Shown: in pieces, positions 16,634 through 25,070 of the stretch
Numbering within the stretch: the stretch's first letter is position 1
How the letters are laid out: each line of letters opens with the position of its first letter
Assembly: GCA_038046325.1 (NCBI GenBank)
Contig: JBBSWK010000207.1
Span: forward strand, 1-31,104
Direction: 5' to 3'
From: Nanobdellota archaeon
GTDB taxonomy: Archaea > Nanobdellota > Nanobdellia > Woesearchaeales > GW2011-AR9
DNA length: 31,104 nt
Notes under the pieces: generated by a model
Databases searched by the model: none
What the model was told of the DNA's origin: nothing
Seen by the model: only the letters and a program-made list of their open reading frames with translations
Program-made: the position numbers and the translations under genes

Positions 16634-17332
16634 ATGGTTTCTGCAAAGAAAGATCACGGAAAACGAACCCAGGAGTGGGATTCATACTGGGGGAAAAAAA
16701 ATACGGTAAGTAACGGTCTTTATGATACTGTTGCCAAGATCTATAGAAAACTTATCATGGTCAAGATGTTTGAGCACTTTATGAAGAAAAATTTTTCTTC
16801 AGGTTCAAAACTCCTGCATGCCGGATGCGGCGGCGGATATGCTGATGTCTGTTTACACGGTTATGCTGACATCACCGCCCTGGATAATAGTTCAAATGCC
16901 TTGGAAAGGTACAAAAAAAACCATGGCGATAAATCTAAGATTATTTTAGGCGACATTTTTCATCTTCCTTTTGAAGAAAAAAGTTTTGATGGCATCTATA
17001 ATCTCGGAGTGATGGAACATTTTAAAGAAGATGAAATTCAGGCCATTCTCACTGAGTTTAAGCGGATTTTAAGTGACCACGGTAGGATAGTGCTCTTCTG
17101 GCCGCCGACCTTTGGATCTACCACCAATACTCTGGATGCCTTGCACTTTATTCTCAATACTATTTTGAGAAGAAAAGTACGGTTACATCCTCCTGAGTTA
17201 ACCCGAATCAAGTCTAAAAGACAGGCCCTGGAAACGCTTCAGAAAGCTGGTTTTTCAGTAGTAGATTATTACTTTGGGCCGAAAGACTTTTTTACCCAAG
17301 TAGTTATTGTAGCTAAGAAAAGTGATTTGTGA
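16634..17332 (+). CDS. Class I SAM-dependent methyltransferase
   Basis: KLLHAGCGGG (motif I), ITALDNS, GDIFHLPFEEKSFDGIYNLGVMEHF. Confidence 0.88.
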   Translation: MVSAKKDHGKRTQEWDSYWGKKNTVSNGLYDTVAKIYRKLIMVKMFEHFMKKNFSSGSKLLHAGCGGGYADVCLHGYADITALDNSSNALERYKKNHGDKSKIILGDIFHLPFEEKSFDGIYNLGVMEHFKEDEIQAILTEFKRILSDHGRIVLFWPPTFGSTTNTLDALHFILNTILRRKVRLHPPELTRIKSKRQALETLQKAGFSVVDYYFGPKDFFTQVVIVAKKSDL

Positions 17333-17388
17333 ACATATAATTTAAAAATTAAAGTCAAATTTTGTTCTGTGGGTTTTACTGGCGTACC

Positions 17389-19221
17389 ATGAAAGAAGCA
17401 TTATCTCGTTATTACCAATCGATAAAAGAACATAAAGCAGCAATAGCAGTTTCTTTACTTATTGGTTTTATTTTTCTGTTACCTCACCTACTGATACCTT
17501 TGTTACAAGACGATAGTAGGAATTATTCTCCCTTGGTGGTTAAAGGGGTAGATGCACGAAGCGTGGATGAGGTTTTTTATGCCGCTTACGTGCAAGAAGC
17601 AGCGGAAGGCCATCTTCTTCCTCGCTCTAATATATTAGAATGGAAAAATACTTCTATCCTTTCGCATGCAGGGGCTCCGTTTCCTTCTTTCATTGTAGGT
17701 ATGCTGTCTTTAGTCTTAGGCGGAGTTGTGCCTACCTACATTTTTTCTTATTTTTTCTTTACCGCTTTAAGTTCACTTCTTATGTATACGCTTGCGTATC
17801 GCTTGACCAGACATAAAACGCTCTCCCTCCTGGCTGCTCCGTTACTGTTCTTTTCTCCTACTTACTTGCTCAAATTTTTCTCTGACCAAATCGTCCAGCC
17901 CATAAGTTACTTTTCTCGTTTTTATCCGGTCTTAGTTGACTTTCCCATTTTTGCAGTTACCTTATTGGCAATTTTCTTGCTCTTAGAAAGGAGAAAATGG
18001 AAGTTCGCGCTGCTGAGCGGGATTTTGGGTGGGTTGCTGTTTTATACTTATTTTTATTACTGGACCTTTTACCTTGTTTTTATCGGTTTGCTGTGCGGGT
18101 TATATTTGATCAAGAAAGATTGGGTTTTGTTCAAGAAATTAGCTCTGTCTTGTTTTTTAACTATTACGATTGGCGCAACCTTTTTTTTGAACTCTCTGAA
18201 TACGATTGCCAACCAAACAGAAATACTTCGCCGGCTGAATGCTATAGTCGGACGAAGTCCGGAATGGCTTATCACTCTTCTGCTTTTGAGTATGGTAATG
18301 ATGTTGGCTTATACTTATAAGAAATTTAAAAAAAGCAGTATCCAAAATGCTGAAAATAATTTTTATTTCCTGTTAATTTTGACCTTGGCAAGCATAGTTG
18401 TTATGAACGTCCAGGTAATTGTAGGGTACACCATTAATCCGCGCCATTGGTTAACTACCGCTTTATGGCCTATTCTGGTTCTGGCTGGAATATACGTTCT
18501 AGAGGTTGTAATTGGAATAATGATCAATAAGAGAGAAAACCTAAACAAATATTTCAAAGCATCTCTTTTCTTTTTTATGGGCTTACTGCTCTTATTTGGA
18601 GTATTATGGCAAGTACGCTTTGCGTATACTACTCATTCCGTATATTCGCTCTCTGATTCCCAGCTAGAATTATTTAAATGGCTTAATAACCATACCGCAA
18701 AAGACGAGGTGGTTCTCTCGATAAGTTCAGAAATGATTCTTCTTATACCAGTTTACACCCATAATAATAATTATATTCCTAATGCAGTAGTAGAACCTAT
18801 CCCCATCCCGGAAATAATTGCCCGAAGATTAGTTGCCTATAAATTAGTAGGTGTTTCAGAGCAGGACATTGCATTTTTAGATAATCCTTGCGCCTTCGGC
18901 GAGTTAATGAGTTTTGAACGCAGCAAAGAGGGGATCTATAATTATTCTTTATTTGAGGAAGCATTTTCCCATCTTCTCACCTTTGAAGCAGCCTTCCCGC
19001 GAAGTAAAGGATGTGCTGTTCCGCAAGAATTTAGAGAAGAAGTTTTCAAGACTTATGCCGCTCTTCCAGATGATAAGGACACATTAATCCAGAAATACGT
19101 TGTTGATTACGTTATTATTGGCGCTGATGAAAAAGATAATCTATCTTTAAAAGCTCTAGAACCTCATGCTCAGATGGCGTATAGGAATGCTGATTTTACT
19201 GTTTATAAAGTAGATGAATAG
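17389..19221 (+). CDS. Multi-pass membrane protein, putative GT-C fold glycosyltransferase
   Basis: Many TM segments. Loop motif SVDEVFYAAYVQE, TYFYYWT, C-terminal WLNNHT...VVLS and YVVDYVII. ATG 17389 is preferred over TTG 17362. Confidence 0.6.
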   Translation: MKEALSRYYQSIKEHKAAIAVSLLIGFIFLLPHLLIPLLQDDSRNYSPLVVKGVDARSVDEVFYAAYVQEAAEGHLLPRSNILEWKNTSILSHAGAPFPSFIVGMLSLVLGGVVPTYIFSYFFFTALSSLLMYTLAYRLTRHKTLSLLAAPLLFFSPTYLLKFFSDQIVQPISYFSRFYPVLVDFPIFAVTLLAIFLLLERRKWKFALLSGILGGLLFYTYFYYWTFYLVFIGLLCGLYLIKKDWVLFKKLALSCFLTITIGATFFLNSLNTIANQTEILRRLNAIVGRSPEWLITLLLLSMVMMLAYTYKKFKKSSIQNAENNFYFLLILTLASIVVMNVQVIVGYTINPRHWLTTALWPILVLAGIYVLEVVIGIMINKRENLNKYFKASLFFFMGLLLLFGVLWQVRFAYTTHSVYSLSDSQLELFKWLNNHTAKDEVVLSISSEMILLIPVYTHNNNYIPNAVVEPIPIPEIIARRLVAYKLVGVSEQDIAFLDNPCAFGELMSFERSKEGIYNYSLFEEAFSHLLTFEAAFPRSKGCAVPQEFREEVFKTYAALPDDKDTLIQKYVVDYVIIGADEKDNLSLKALEPHAQMAYRNADFTVYKVDE

Positions 19222-19285
19222 TATTTGATGGAGTACGGCAGTGGTGACTTTTTCTACTAATCACTATAGTATAGTAGCATAAATG

Positions 19286-19293
19286 TTATAAAT
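19286..19293 (+). promoter_or_regulatory. TATA box
   Basis: TTATAAAT 25 nt before ATG 19318, with no SD motif. Confidence 0.55.
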
Positions 19294-19317
19294 ATCTTCT
19301 TAGACCACCTATTTACT

Positions 19318-20211
19318 ATGGTTACCAAGATAGGCAGCGTGGTTCAGGAATTTTACAATAAAACTCCTTTCCCAGACTACGATTTAGCGCGTTTTAATAG
19401 CAAGGAAGATCTTTCTCTTGCCGCTTATACCTTTGCTAAAATACTGGATAGAAGTATTCCCGCAGATGCTTCGGTTATCGATGTTGGAACAGGTACAGGA
19501 CAACTTTCTGCTTTCCTCTCTTTGCGCCGTGACTGCGTCTGGGGGATAGATTTTTCCGATAGTTCTTTACTGAAAGCTAAAGCCTTAAAAGAAAAATTAA
19601 AATTAAATTCCTGGAACCTTAAAAAAGCAGATATTCTTGATCCGGCTCAGGTTGAAGCTATTGGGAAGCAATTTGATTATGTTCTGTGCATGGGAGTGCT
19701 GCATCATACTGGAAATGCCTACCGCGCTTTTGAGAATATTATGAAATTAGTTAAGCCGGGAGGCTATGTAGCCATAGGATTGTATAATTCTTACGGCAGA
19801 ATCTTGCTTAAAAAACGTATTTTTTTGGCTAAGACTATTTTTAAAAATAATAATGCTGCCAAGGATAAATATATCAAAATGCAGATAGGCGAGGTTGAAG
19901 ATAAGGAACGAGCTCGGGGTTGGTGGAATGATCAGTACCTGCATCCTCATGAAACGACTCATACGGTGGGAGAAGTCATAGGTTGGTTTAAAAAAAATGG
20001 GATAGAATTTTATGAAACCGTTCCTTCCACCTCGGTGTTTTCTTCATCAGCAATGGAGATAGGCGGAGTATGGAACAAAACTACTTCTCCTCTTTTTATG
20101 GTACAGCTCTATAAACAATTAACCTGGATTTGGAAAACTAACTGTGAAGGGGGCTATTGGATCACTTTTGGAAGAAAGCCTGGATCTTCTGTGACTGCAA
20201 AAAATCAATAG
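19318..20211 (+). CDS. Class I SAM-dependent methyltransferase
   Basis: VQEFYNKTPFP, VIDVGTGTG, WGIDFS, FDYVLCMGVLHHTG, VKPGGY, DQYLHPHE. Confidence 0.9.
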   Translation: MVTKIGSVVQEFYNKTPFPDYDLARFNSKEDLSLAAYTFAKILDRSIPADASVIDVGTGTGQLSAFLSLRRDCVWGIDFSDSSLLKAKALKEKLKLNSWNLKKADILDPAQVEAIGKQFDYVLCMGVLHHTGNAYRAFENIMKLVKPGGYVAIGLYNSYGRILLKKRIFLAKTIFKNNNAAKDKYIKMQIGEVEDKERARGWWNDQYLHPHETTHTVGEVIGWFKKNGIEFYETVPSTSVFSSSAMEIGGVWNKTTSPLFMVQLYKQLTWIWKTNCEGGYWITFGRKPGSSVTAKNQ

Positions 20212-20223
20212 GTACCTGAAACT

Positions 20224-21603
20224 ATGCGTAAAACGACGATAAGCGAACTGATATTCTTTTTAACAGGCATTTTTCTTCTTTTGCTAGGCGTAAAATTCTT
20301 TCATAATCCAGTTGGTTATAATAAAATCTTATTTTTATTCCTAACTACCATAAAGTACGGAACTATTGCTCTGGGGGCTTTGGTCATGGTGTTTTCCATC
20401 GGTTCTATTTTTTCTGCAACTTCGTGGTTAAAAAATGCAAAAGTAAAAAAATATTTCATTAATATTGCGGTTCTGTTGGTTTCTTCTCTTCTTTGCGCTC
20501 TGGTTTTGGAAGTTATTTTACAAGTCACTTTTCCGGAAAGCTGTAAACAAGATGATCCTATCTATGATCATTCGTATAAACCAAATTGTTATTCCCGCTT
20601 TAGTTCTTTTGAATGGGATACGGAAGTATACATTAACGCAGAAGGTCTTCGTGACGATGAAATTGTGCCCAAAGAACAGTTTGATTTTAGGATATTGATG
20701 TTAGGAGACTCTATGACTTGGGGATACGGCGTAGAAAAAGAAGAAACCTTCAGCGAAGTGTTACAGCAAAACTTGAGAGCCAAAGGCATCAATGCGGATG
20801 TTATTAATGCCGGAGCAACTTCATATTCTCCCTCTTTGGAATATCTTTTACTTAAATATAAAGGATTATCTTATCAACCTGATATAGTGGTGTTAAATCT
20901 CGATATGAGCGATGTTCAGGATGATTATATCAGAGAAAAAGCTGCAGAATTTGATCAACAAGGAAATATAATAAAAGTTTCAGGCATTAAAGAAGAAGGT
21001 TATACTCTCTTGCATAAAATTAGAAAGAAAATGAAATTAAATCGTTTTATTGTCGATAAGTTAAATTTAATTGATTCCAAATGGGTTAAAAAAGAGGAAG
21101 CTCCGGAAGTGCTGCCGCTAGGCGATCCTAAAACTGATCGATATGCTATTCTTCGGGATATGCCGGTGCAGGATGAAGAGGAGCATTGGAATAGGACTTT
21201 TCATTACCTCTCTCTTATTAACGAGTTATGTAAAGAAAACGGGATAACTTTTGTTTTAACTCTCTATCCCTACGGAGTACAAGTTTCTCCTGATGAATGG
21301 AGTGAAGGGCGACATATGTTTGGATTTAAGCCCGGCGTGGTGGAGGGTGATGCTCCGCAACGAAAAGTACGGGAATATGCTGAAAATAATATTATCTACG
21401 TGGAGATGTTAGATTCGTTTCAAGAATCAGAAACATTTCCTTTATATTTCCCTTATGATGGGCATATTAATCGGGACGGACATGCTTTGGCGGCCACGGT
21501 TTTGGAGAAACAGTTACGGGAAGAAGGAATAGTGGAGCCTTCTGGCAAGCTAGGGGAAAGTATGAATACTGGTTATCCTTCTATGCCTTTTAAGATAAAC
21601 TAG
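20224..21603 (+). CDS. Membrane-anchored SGNH/GDSL hydrolase family protein (possible glycan O-acyl esterase/transferase)
   Basis: N-terminal TM helices. Block I MLGDSMTWGYG, block II INAG, block V YDGHINRDGH. Confidence 0.85.
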   Translation: MRKTTISELIFFLTGIFLLLLGVKFFHNPVGYNKILFLFLTTIKYGTIALGALVMVFSIGSIFSATSWLKNAKVKKYFINIAVLLVSSLLCALVLEVILQVTFPESCKQDDPIYDHSYKPNCYSRFSSFEWDTEVYINAEGLRDDEIVPKEQFDFRILMLGDSMTWGYGVEKEETFSEVLQQNLRAKGINADVINAGATSYSPSLEYLLLKYKGLSYQPDIVVLNLDMSDVQDDYIREKAAEFDQQGNIIKVSGIKEEGYTLLHKIRKKMKLNRFIVDKLNLIDSKWVKKEEAPEVLPLGDPKTDRYAILRDMPVQDEEEHWNRTFHYLSLINELCKENGITFVLTLYPYGVQVSPDEWSEGRHMFGFKPGVVEGDAPQRKVREYAENNIIYVEMLDSFQESETFPLYFPYDGHINRDGHALAATVLEKQLREEGIVEPSGKLGESMNTGYPSMPFKIN

Positions 21604-21646
21604 GGGCACGTACAGTCCTCCTACCGTTTCTCGTCCTAAAACCTAA
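21604..21646 (+). repeat. 43-bp direct repeat, copy 1
   Basis: gggcacgtacagtcctcctaccgtttctcgtcctaaaacctaa begins immediately after the SGNH stop codon. 39/43 identical to 22908-22950. Confidence 0.9.
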
Positions 21647-21693
21647 AGAGAAATCAGAAAAGGATTAAATACTCCTTTAACATCTTTATTGAT

Positions 21694-22071
21694 ATGATTA
21701 AAAAGGATAAAAATAAAAAACTAGGTTTGTTTTTGTTAGTCTTAAGTGTAATCTTTCTAATAACAGGATATAGGTTAAGTAGTAATGATCTTCTCTCATC
21801 CCCCTATCTTTTGCTGATTATTATCGGCTTCGTAACTGGCTTCATAGCAGCATATTATATAGGAAAATCAAAGGATTATCAAAGACTTAATCCAAAAATA
21901 AGCTCTAAAAAAGATTTAAAACATTATTTTGGTCGCGGCGCATTGGCAGGTTTGATAGTTAGTTTATTATTAAATTTCTCTTTAATTAAAACAATCATAT
22001 GGATAATTACTTTTGAGGCAATAACTTTAGCTTTTTACTATTTCTTCAATCAAAAAAAATCTAAAAAATAA
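21694..22071 (+). CDS. Hypothetical membrane protein (about 4 TM)
   Basis: 125 aa, four hydrophobic segments with Lys-rich ends, very AT-rich. ATTAAATA at 21664-21671 is 23 nt upstream. Confidence 0.7.
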   Translation: MIKKDKNKKLGLFLLVLSVIFLITGYRLSSNDLLSSPYLLLIIIGFVTGFIAAYYIGKSKDYQRLNPKISSKKDLKHYFGRGALAGLIVSLLLNFSLIKTIIWIITFEAITLAFYYFFNQKKSKK

Positions 22072-22208
22072 AGATTTTAGTACGTAAATTATATATTATA
22101 AATAAAACTTTATATAAAGAGGGGAAGAAGATATATTTAAAAATACCTTGATATTCCTTACCTTAACCAATAGTTTAAAAATTGTTGAAAAATAAGAAAC
22201 TGTCAAAA

Positions 22209-22898
22209 ATGGAACATTCGCAACAGAAAATCATTGAAGAAACAAGAAAATTCTTTCAGAAAGTTTATACATGGATGTTTCTTGGCCTTATTCTGTCAGG
22301 ATTGACCGCATTTGTGGTAGCTAGCAACCCTATGCTTTACAATATCATTTTATCTAATAAAATTATTTTTTTTGGTCTACTCCTCACCGAGTTAATCTTA
22401 GTATTTAGCTTAATAGGATTTCTTAAACGGATTTCCGCAAGCCTTGCTATTTTCATGTTTTTTCTGTATTGTTTTATGACCGGTCTTACTTTTTCAGTAA
22501 TATTCTTGGTGTACACAATGGGGTCAATTGGGTTGGTCTTTTTTATTACAGCAGGAATGTTTGGAGCGATGAGCGTTTATGGTTATTTTACTAAAGCTGA
22601 CCTTACTAAAATTGGCCAAGTTTTGATTATGGCTTTATTTGGCCTAATAATTGCTTCAGTTGTAAATTTATTTATGAGAAACGATACTGCTGATTTTGTT
22701 GTTTCGATTATAGGAGTTATTATTTTTACCGGATTGACTGCCTACGATACTCAAAAAATTAGAAAGAGTAATATTATTGGAAATGAAGGCACCCCAGAAG
22801 ATACTAAAGAGTCAATTATGGGGGCATTGCATTTGTACTTGGATTTTGTAAACTTATTCTTAAAATTATTACGTTTGCTTGGAAAAAGAAAACGCTAA
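22209..22898 (+). CDS. Bax inhibitor-1/YccA (TMBIM) family membrane protein
   Basis: FFQKVYTWMFLGL, GLTFSVIFLVYT, SIGLVFFITAGMFGAMS, FTGLTAYDTQKI, GALHLYLDFVNLFL. ATG 22209 is preferred because TTTAAAAA at 22174-22181 precedes it. Confidence 0.92.
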   Translation: MEHSQQKIIEETRKFFQKVYTWMFLGLILSGLTAFVVASNPMLYNIILSNKIIFFGLLLTELILVFSLIGFLKRISASLAIFMFFLYCFMTGLTFSVIFLVYTMGSIGLVFFITAGMFGAMSVYGYFTKADLTKIGQVLIMALFGLIIASVVNLFMRNDTADFVVSIIGVIIFTGLTAYDTQKIRKSNIIGNEGTPEDTKESIMGALHLYLDFVNLFLKLLRLLGKRKR

Positions 22899-22907
22899 AA
22901 ATGTTCT

Positions 22908-22950
22908 GGGCACGTAAAGTCCTCTTACCTTTTCTCGTCATAAAACCTAA
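22908..22950 (+). repeat. 43-bp direct repeat, copy 2
   Basis: gggcacgtaaagtcctcttaccttttctcgtcataaaacctaa, 9 nt after the YccA stop codon. Confidence 0.9.
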
Positions 22951-23058
22951 TCAGAAAATCTGAAATTCGCTCCTTATTCCTTCTATTCTAAATTCTCTCT
23001 AACGAGAATGAACACGGCAAAACTTGGGGCTGTATTCACTTTTTCTACCTTACAAAGC

Positions 23059-23508
23059 TTAAGAATGCAATCTCTCCTCAATCTCTTTTTTCAATGTAGA
23101 AATGTATAGGTCCATTTCCGCACTTTTCCACATTTCCTTGCTGATGTCAAGTCCTTGATACTTATTTTTATTCCTAATCGTCCTGACATTTTCTAAGAAT
23201 TTCCAATCAAATTCTAAATCTTTAAAATGAAGAACTATGAATGTAAATAATGCCTGATGATTGCTGGTCTTTTGCCGTTTGAAACGCATTAATTGGTCAC
23301 CAAGTTCTCTAAATACATCGTAATGGATATTAAATATCACGCGCCAACTGGGATTTTTTAACTTGCGCAACTCTTTTCCGAATTGGTAATCTTCCATCAC
23401 CATGGTTAAAACTTTCTTTATCTCATCTTTATCTAGGTTAGCCTCTTCGTATAATCCCTCCGTGGAAAACTGTTCATATATTTGTTCTGCTGTTCTTTCT
23501 TTACGCAT
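23059..23508 (-). CDS. HEPN-domain protein (putative toxin of an MNT-HEPN pair)
   Basis: Helical 149 aa protein with IHYDVFRE and RTIRNKNKYQG (R-x4-Y variant of the HEPN R-x4-H motif). Overlaps the MNT gene by 8 nt. Confidence 0.72.
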   Translation of the reverse strand: MRKERTAEQIYEQFSTEGLYEEANLDKDEIKKVLTMVMEDYQFGKELRKLKNPSWRVIFNIHYDVFRELGDQLMRFKRQKTSNHQALFTFIVLHFKDLEFDWKFLENVRTIRNKNKYQGLDISKEMWKSAEMDLYISTLKKEIEERLHS

Positions 23509-24094
23509 GGACTCTTACCTCAAATGGTTCTATATTTTCAGTTATTAAAAAACCTTTTACAATATTTGGAATGACGGTAGGATCAAGATTTCTTTTAATC
23601 TCATTCTTATTTTGATATGCAAAAACCTGTATCTCACGACGTAACTTTTTCTCATATAACCCTTTCTGAAATTCTGCATCCTCTCCGTAGATAAACAAAT
23701 CTATATCGCTGGACTTGCCCCAATCACCTCGGGCAAAACTTCCAAACAAAATTGCTGTTTTAACACCTCTGCAAGTATTAAGCCCTTCAAAAAGCCCGCT
23801 TTGTTCAAGTAGTTTTAATCCATACAATCTTTTTTCGGAACGAAATTTTGCAGATTCTTTATTTGCCAGGTAATATGGCATCTTCCCCTTATTCTTGATC
23901 CGCATGATAAATTTCTCTTTGAGAAGTTCTTTAAGAAAATGATTCACTCTTTCTCTGCTAATTCCTGACTCTTGCAGGAGGGCTTGGAAATGCCATCTTC
24001 TCAGCGTATTGTAAAAAAACAGCGCTTTAACTTTTTCTTTCATTTTAGTATGGAAAATCAAACTAATATTTAAAGATTGCTGTTTAGGGTACAT
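23501..24094 (-). CDS. Minimal nucleotidyltransferase (MNT) with N-terminal HTH, putative antitoxin
   Basis: ILFGSFARGDWGKSSDIDLFI (GS-x10-DxD). N-terminal winged-helix-like SGISRERVNHFLKELLKEKFI. Start ATG 24094 or 24043. Confidence 0.85.
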   Translation of the reverse strand: MYPKQQSLNISLIFHTKMKEKVKALFFYNTLRRWHFQALLQESGISRERVNHFLKELLKEKFIMRIKNKGKMPYYLANKESAKFRSEKRLYGLKLLEQSGLFEGLNTCRGVKTAILFGSFARGDWGKSSDIDLFIYGEDAEFQKGLYEKKLRREIQVFAYQNKNEIKRNLDPTVIPNIVKGFLITENIEPFEVRVHA

Positions 24095-24260
24095 AAAGTT
24101 CTCCTTGTCCGAAAACCTTGTTTGTCGTCGCAAAATGCTTTTATAATTTCTAAAATATGAGTTAACTCTATGTCCACAGCTAGGCAAATGATGATCTCTG
24201 TTTATCTTCTATCAGCATGAAGTTCATAACTATTATAAAGAAATAGTGCGCCCAGGTTCT

Positions 24261-25070
24261 ATGGCAAAGAAAAGTATACCTGTTTCGTATTTCGCTCAGA
24301 CCAATCTTCAACTCTATAATCAGATGGTGGCAGCAGGATACGATGAAACAGATCTTGCTCTGATCATGAATGCATATCAATTAGCAACCACCATCTTTGT
24401 GGGCTGCTATCGCCGTTCAGGTAAAACTCAGCTGGCTCACCTTATCGGCACAGCTAGCATCATGGTGTGGCTCAAAAGATCAAGTACTACGGTTGCGGCT
24501 GCTTTGTTACATGCTGCCTATGCGGAAGGAGATTTTGGTGGTCAGTCGATTCAAAAAGAATTACGAAAGGCCACCTCTCCGGAAGTACAGCGGCTCATTG
24601 CTGCCTATTATCGGTTACCCTGGCAATATGAGCCAACTCAGGTGAATGGATTGATCACCAGGATCAGTCATATGACCGACGCTGAACGTGAAGTAGTTTT
24701 ACTTAGGGTAGCCAATGAACTAGAAGATTATCTTGATGCGGCTCCCGGTTATCATGAAAGAAAAGATGGACGTTTGACCTACTTAGATGAGGTTTCTTTG
24801 TGCAGACTTGCTCAAGCTTTGGGACAACCACGGCTGGTTACTGAAATACAACAACAATCTACGCTCTTGAAAGCATCATTAGCATCGTTTCCTGCTGCCT
24901 TCCGTCGTAAATACGTACGATTTAATGCGCCTCGGTCTTATGGTCTTACTCTAAGCGGCTACTGGCGGAAGTTACAGCGTTGTTATAGAAGAATACACAA
25001 ATTAGGGCTGCTGGAAGTGTCTAAGGCACTACGCCGTCGCTTTAAGCTACTTCTACGAGGACGTACATGA
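24261..25070 (+). CDS. Degenerate HD-domain (RelA/SpoT hydrolase-like, DUF6817-type) protein
   Basis: AQTNLQLYNQ, AYQLA...YRRSGKTQLAHLIGTASI...AAALLHAAY aligns to the SpoT-type HD core, with HD reading HA. TTATAAAG at 24233-24240 is 21 nt before ATG 24261. Confidence 0.65.
   Translation: MAKKSIPVSYFAQTNLQLYNQMVAAGYDETDLALIMNAYQLATTIFVGCYRRSGKTQLAHLIGTASIMVWLKRSSTTVAAALLHAAYAEGDFGGQSIQKELRKATSPEVQRLIAAYYRLPWQYEPTQVNGLITRISHMTDAEREVVLLRVANELEDYLDAAPGYHERKDGRLTYLDEVSLCRLAQALGQPRLVTEIQQQSTLLKASLASFPAAFRRKYVRFNAPRSYGLTLSGYWRKLQRCYRRIHKLGLLEVSKALRRRFKLLLRGRT

Noticed and set aside
19254-19277. Small palindromes (actatagt; ctact...agtag) upstream of the methyltransferase
   Set aside because: Arms are too short to distinguish from chance in AT-rich DNA.
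21604-21646. Reverse-strand reading of the repeats as a peptide (LGFRTRNGRRTVRA / LGFMTRKGKRTLRA), faintly like a serine-recombinase segment
   Set aside because: All four differences are non-synonymous in that frame, they fall at mixed codon positions, and no start or extended ORF supports it.
21604-22950. 43-bp repeats as a CRISPR array or integron attC sites
   Set aside because: Only two copies, 1.3 kb apart with whole genes between them. They are not palindromic, lack the RYYYAAC/GTTRRRY boxes, and have no cas or integrase gene nearby.
24095-24187. Long N-terminal extension of the MNT ORF
   Set aside because: No domain-like features, and it occupies the divergent promoter region between the MNT and HD-like genes.
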